This document shows positions 60,212-64,000 of a stretch of DNA of 64,000 bases, piece by piece. Where the stretch lies: positions 739 through 64,738 of the forward strand of contig JWKX01000001.1 in NCBI GenBank assembly GCA_000806155.1, given 5' to 3'. Made by a program: the position numbers and the translations under genes. Under the pieces are notes generated by a model that was not told the origin of the DNA, did not search any database, and was given only the letters and a program-made list of their open reading frames with translations. Source of the DNA: an archaeon GW2011_AR18. Its GTDB lineage: Archaea; Nanobdellota; Nanobdellia; SCGC-AAA011-G17; GW2011-AR18. The first letter of the stretch is position 1. Each line of letters starts with the position of its first letter.

Positions 60212-61351
60212 TTATTTTTCATAGCTTACTTGATATATTTTTCCTGCATTGTCATCTGATATTAATAATCCTTCTTTGTAATTGATTATATCTACTGGTC
60301 TTCCTTTTACAACTAATGAACTTATCCATCCTGTTGCAAAGTCTTTTACTTCATTAGTTTCTAAATCTGCTGTTACAACTTTGTATCCTGTTGGTTTTTC
60401 ACTGTTCCAGCTTCCGTGATATGCTATGAATATTTTTCCTTTATATTCTTCTGGGAATTTATTTCCATTATAGACTGCTAATCCTAATGGTGCTGAGTGT
60501 GATTGTAGATCTATGAATGATGATTCTGTATCTAAGCATGGATTTCTTACATATGTTTTTTTATCATATTCTGTATCATGTATCTGTTTTCCATAGCAGT
60601 TTGGCCATCCATAATTTTTATTTTCTTCTATTATGTTTATCTCTTCTGGCGGATAATCATCTCCTAATCCATCTCTCCCGTTATCTACACCTATTATTTT
60701 TCCTTTATTTTCTACAAATCCCACTGTGTTTCTTAATCCTGATGAATATGTTTTACAATTGCTTCCGTCTAATTCGCATTGTTCTATTGTTGATCTTCTT
60801 TTATCTGTTTCCTCGCAGACATTGCAGTCTGATCCTATTGAAACATATAATTTTTTATTTATTATTTTTAAAGTTCTTGTCCAATGTCCTCCTTTTGGTA
60901 GATCTAGTAGTTTTTGTAATGTTTCTGTATCAGCTATATTGTCATTATTATCATCTTTTACTCTTACTACTTTATCCTCTTCTGCTATGTAATAATATCC
61001 TTCGTAAAAATCTATTCCATGTGGATTATTCAAATTTTCTATAAATACTTTTTTTGTCTCAGCTTTTCCATCATTATTATTATCTTCTAATGCTACTACT
61101 TTTCCCTGACTTGGTATTGTCACGAATACTGCATTTCTTTTGCTTAGCATAAGTCTCGGTCCTGGATTTGGTCCTGGTCTTGAGATTGTTGTTCCTCCTA
61201 ACTCATCTGCAAATGTTGTTATTTTGAATCCTTCTGGTAAATCTATAAATTTTAATTCTTCTGAATGGTATGAGGGTTTTACAGAAAAATAGTTTGCCGC
61301 ATAATATACAACCCCTATTATTAATATTAAGAATAATATTTTCTTTATCAT
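60212..61351 (-). CDS. PQQ-dependent soluble sugar (glucose/sorbosone) dehydrogenase family beta-propeller
   Basis: PHGIDF, SIGSDCNVCEE, YGWPNCYG, HSAPLGLAVY and DDNAGKIYQV match the GSDH family. N-terminal signal anchor. Confidence 0.75.
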   Translation of the reverse strand: MIKKILFLILIIGVVYYAANYFSVKPSYHSEELKFIDLPEGFKITTFADELGGTTISRPGPNPGPRLMLSKRNAVFVTIPSQGKVVALEDNNNDGKAETKKVFIENLNNPHGIDFYEGYYYIAEEDKVVRVKDDNNDNIADTETLQKLLDLPKGGHWTRTLKIINKKLYVSIGSDCNVCEETDKRRSTIEQCELDGSNCKTYSSGLRNTVGFVENKGKIIGVDNGRDGLGDDYPPEEINIIEENKNYGWPNCYGKQIHDTEYDKKTYVRNPCLDTESSFIDLQSHSAPLGLAVYNGNKFPEEYKGKIFIAYHGSWNSEKPTGYKVVTADLETNEVKDFATGWISSLVVKGRPVDIINYKEGLLISDDNAGKIYQVSYEK

Positions 61352-61413
61352 TATAATATTTAGGAATCTGGCTTTATTTAAATTTATTTATTAATAATAA
61401 AAAGTGTAAATAG

Positions 61414-62301
61414 TTAAACCTCTATCCTTAACCCTTTTTGTTCCTGTTCTAATAATACACTTCCTATCCCTCTTCCCATATTATAGCTTACTCCTGAGAA
61501 TAAATCAAATATGCTTGTCTGGTGTTCTCTTGTTATTACTTTTATCTCTGTATTATTTAGTTCTTTTTTCATTAGTTCTATAGCTGTCTCTCTATTGCCG
61601 AATTCATCTATTAACCCTAGTTCTTTTGCTTCACTTCCTAGATAGAACTCTCCTGTTGCTATTTTTCTCACATCATCTATTTCCATATGCCTGTTGATAG
61701 CTACTTGTTTTATGAAATATTCATGTACTATTTTTAATTTATTTTCCATTAATGTTTTTTCTTCTGGAGTTAAGTCTCTGTATGGTGTCCCTATATCTTT
61801 TTTCTCTCCTGATACTATTCTCTCATATCCTATTCCATATTTTTCAAATAATCCGCTGAACTCTAGATAACTTCCTATTACTCCTATACTCCCTGTTATG
61901 CTCATTGGTGATGCTATTATCTTGTCTGTTGAACTTGCCACCCAATACCCACCTGATGCTCCTACTTCTCTTATTACTGCATATTTTGTTTTATTTATTG
62001 ATTTTACTGCATCTGCTATCTCCTGGCTTGCTACTACTGCCCCTCCAGGACTGTTTATCTCTAAGATTATTCCTTTTACTGTTTTATCTTTTCCTGCAGT
62101 TTTTATATCTTCTAATACAGTTTCAGTTGATTGCCCGCCTAATCCATATATTCCACTGCTTTTTTCTAATGTTATTACTCCATTTATTGGTATCACTAAT
62201 ATTTTATCCTCATAATCCTGTACATTGAATAATTTTGAGCCTAGCCCTGCTACGATATATAAGATTATTATTACTACTGCGAATATTCCCCATTTATTCA
62301 T
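61414..62301 (-). CDS. sppA: signal peptide peptidase SppA (S49 family, 36K type)
   Basis: N-terminal TM anchor, then GIILEINSPGGAVVASQEI and ASGGYWVAS ... GSIGV motifs. Confidence 0.85.
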   Translation of the reverse strand: MNKWGIFAVVIIILYIVAGLGSKLFNVQDYEDKILVIPINGVITLEKSSGIYGLGGQSTETVLEDIKTAGKDKTVKGIILEINSPGGAVVASQEIADAVKSINKTKYAVIREVGASGGYWVASSTDKIIASPMSITGSIGVIGSYLEFSGLFEKYGIGYERIVSGEKKDIGTPYRDLTPEEKTLMENKLKIVHEYFIKQVAINRHMEIDDVRKIATGEFYLGSEAKELGLIDEFGNRETAIELMKKELNNTEIKVITREHQTSIFDLFSGVSYNMGRGIGSVLLEQEQKGLRIEV

Positions 62302-62747
62302 TTTATTACCACTCCTTTCTCAACTACTTGTGTGTTGCTTAATACCTCGAATAATCTCTGGTTTCCTTTCTTATATATCATATAGATTACATCTATCAAT
62401 AAGATTATTCCAAATGGTTTTGTTATATTTCTTAACAATACTTGTATAAAAGTTAACTCATTATTTATCGTGCTTTTCACATATAGGTTCAGTAGTGTTT
62501 TCCCTATTGTCTGTTGTAATTTATATTCCAGTATTGTGAAATAAAACAATTGTAATACTATTATTATAAGACTTGCCATTATTATTCCTGTATTTATTTG
62601 AGGACTTAATAATTTTATATCACTGAATGAATTATTGAATTGCAGCACAACTACAAAGTTTAATATTATTGAATCTATCAGATAAGCAACCATTCTTTTC
62701 CATAATGATGCACTATACTCTCTGTTTAGTATTCTTGCTGTCTTCAT
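62298..62747 (-). CDS. RDD family membrane protein
   Basis: LWKRMVAYLIDSIIL N-terminal RDD-domain pattern. Two or three TM helices. Confidence 0.6.
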   Translation of the reverse strand: MKTARILNREYSASLWKRMVAYLIDSIILNFVVVLQFNNSFSDIKLLSPQINTGIIMASLIIIVLQLFYFTILEYKLQQTIGKTLLNLYVKSTINNELTFIQVLLRNITKPFGIILLIDVIYMIYKKGNQRLFEVLSNTQVVEKGVVIK

Positions 62748-62855
62748 AGCAATTTTTTTTGGTTCTCTTCTTTAAGAAGATTATGGTAATGACATATGTA
62801 ATATAATATAGATGAATGCGAAAATGTTATAAAGAAGTTTTTTCCTTAAATAAAT

Positions 62856-64000
62856 ATGGTAAAAAGAAGTGTTATAGTATTTTTAGTATTATTTAGTGTT
62901 GTTTTTTCTTTTAATGTCTTAGCAGGTTCTGAAGCTCAGGAAGGTTGGTCTTGTGATTACTCTTCAGGTAAGGACGCCGCATGTGATCCATCACGTAACA
63001 TGTATTGTATTAATAATGTCTGTACTACTTACACTGGAGATTTAGAAAAGTGTTCTGGTCCTTCTTCAGCTGATCTTTCTGCAAAAGGTAAAGTTGATCT
63101 TGTTTTAAGAAATGCTCAAACTGGAGCTATTATTCAAGAGTCTCATTCTGATATTTGTTACCCTGAAGGTTCTGGCGGTTTTGCTGAATCATGTTCTGGA
63201 GAAAACTGTAAAGTCCAGGAATATTATTGTTCAGGAAATGAAGCTAAAGTTTTAATATCTAGTTGCTCCTCATGCAGTGACGGTAAATGCCTTTCTTCTG
63301 TTCCTTCTAATTGTAATGATGATGATAATGATGGTTTCTTTGATCGTGATAACTGTGGTACAACTAGAGACTGTGATGATTCAGATTCTTACACAAGACC
63401 TGATAATTTGACTAATGTTATTGGCGGTTGCGGTGCTGGTAACTGTGATGATGTTCATATTAAAGAGATTTGTAATGATAACAAGGATAATGATTGTGAC
63501 GGTAATAGGGATATGCTTGATTCAGAATGTACTGGAAGAGGTCACTGTTCTAATCTTGTAAGAGATGTAGACGAATCTAATGTAGACTGTGGTGGAGCTT
63601 ATTGTTCTGCCTGTCCTACTGTTCCTGTAAATAATCCAGTAATTGATATACAAAGACCTGATAATGAAATTAATGTTACAGAAGAAAACTCTTGTCCAGC
63701 ATTGACTCCTGAAAGTTCATGTAATGATGGTGAATACAAATGTAATACTATATCTCAGGAATTGTCTGTATGTGAGTCTAATACCTGGACTCTTAATAAT
63801 ATCAGGTATTCAGAATTATGTTCAAGTTCTAGGGAATGTATTCCTAATGAATTAGTATGTGATACTGAGAATGGTATTTATAGGACATGTACTCCTTATG
63901 GTTATCTTTCTGAGGGTGTTAGAGAAAACATAGAACAGGTATGCAATAGTATGGCTTGTGATGAGAGTATAGCACAATTCCAATGTAATAATAGGGCTGA
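62856..64000 (+). CDS. secreted Cys-rich protein with DxDxDG metal-binding-like repeats, 5' end of gene present, partial (runs off window end)
   Basis: Manually translated from ATG 62856: MVKRSVIVFLVLFSVVFSFNVLAGSEAQEGWSCDY ... Contains CNDDDNDGFFDRDNCG and CNDNKDNDCDGNRDMLDSEC. Not in the ORF track because there is no stop before the window end. Confidence 0.5.
   Translation, partial: MVKRSVIVFLVLFSVVFSFNVLAGSEAQEGWSCDYSSGKDAACDPSRNMYCINNVCTTYTGDLEKCSGPSSADLSAKGKVDLVLRNAQTGAIIQESHSDICYPEGSGGFAESCSGENCKVQEYYCSGNEAKVLISSCSSCSDGKCLSSVPSNCNDDDNDGFFDRDNCGTTRDCDDSDSYTRPDNLTNVIGGCGAGNCDDVHIKEICNDNKDNDCDGNRDMLDSECTGRGHCSNLVRDVDESNVDCGGAYCSACPTVPVNNPVIDIQRPDNEINVTEENSCPALTPESSCNDGEYKCNTISQELSVCESNTWTLNNIRYSELCSSSRECIPNELVCDTENGIYRTCTPYGYLSEGVRENIEQVCNSMACDESIAQFQCNNRA

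Overview
This window is an AT-rich archaeal chromosomal segment, roughly 30% GC by eye. Archaeal housekeeping genes are clear: TFE, ribosomal proteins L15e, L30e and S12, archaeal NusA, the split RNA polymerase operon (rpoH, rpoB'', rpoB', rpoA', rpoA''), NAC alpha, aIF2 gamma and archaeal PheRS alpha and beta. Accessory content includes a copper-export cluster (ArsR regulator, CopZ-like HMA, CopA P-type ATPase, Met-rich membrane protein, cupredoxin-like protein), thiol-redox genes (TrxB, DsbA-like, CcdA), two class V aminotransferase-fold genes (one SufS-like cysteine desulfurase) and a presenilin/SPP-like intramembrane protease. There are five tRNA genes, several with multiple or non-canonical introns, and a candidate SRP RNA. 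Three points stand out. (1) A 2596-bp IS6-family element (9352-11947) has perfect 22-bp terminal inverted repeats starting GGTTCTG and an 8-bp target duplication CTTATTTT. Besides its transposase it carries a RelA/SpoT-synthetase (toxSAS-like) cargo gene and a small convergent AbrB-like ORF. (2) The aIF2 gamma gene is interrupted by a 29-nt insert with a stop codon inside the GHVDHGKT P-loop. Removing it restores frame and motif, and it folds as a bulge-helix-bulge, so it looks like an mRNA intron. (3) A 55-bp exactly duplicated promoter/operator element brackets a toxin-antitoxin island (HicB/HicA, AbrB/RelE) and a secreted protein gene. It shares an ACGCCAAGG motif with two upstream candidate ncRNAs. 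Other oddities are a free-standing LAGLIDADG endonuclease next to the intron-rich tRNA cluster, an NtrC-type AAA+ domain lacking the sigma-54 contact loop, and a family II pyrophosphatase-like protein with substituted metal ligands. No CRISPR array or rRNA gene was seen.
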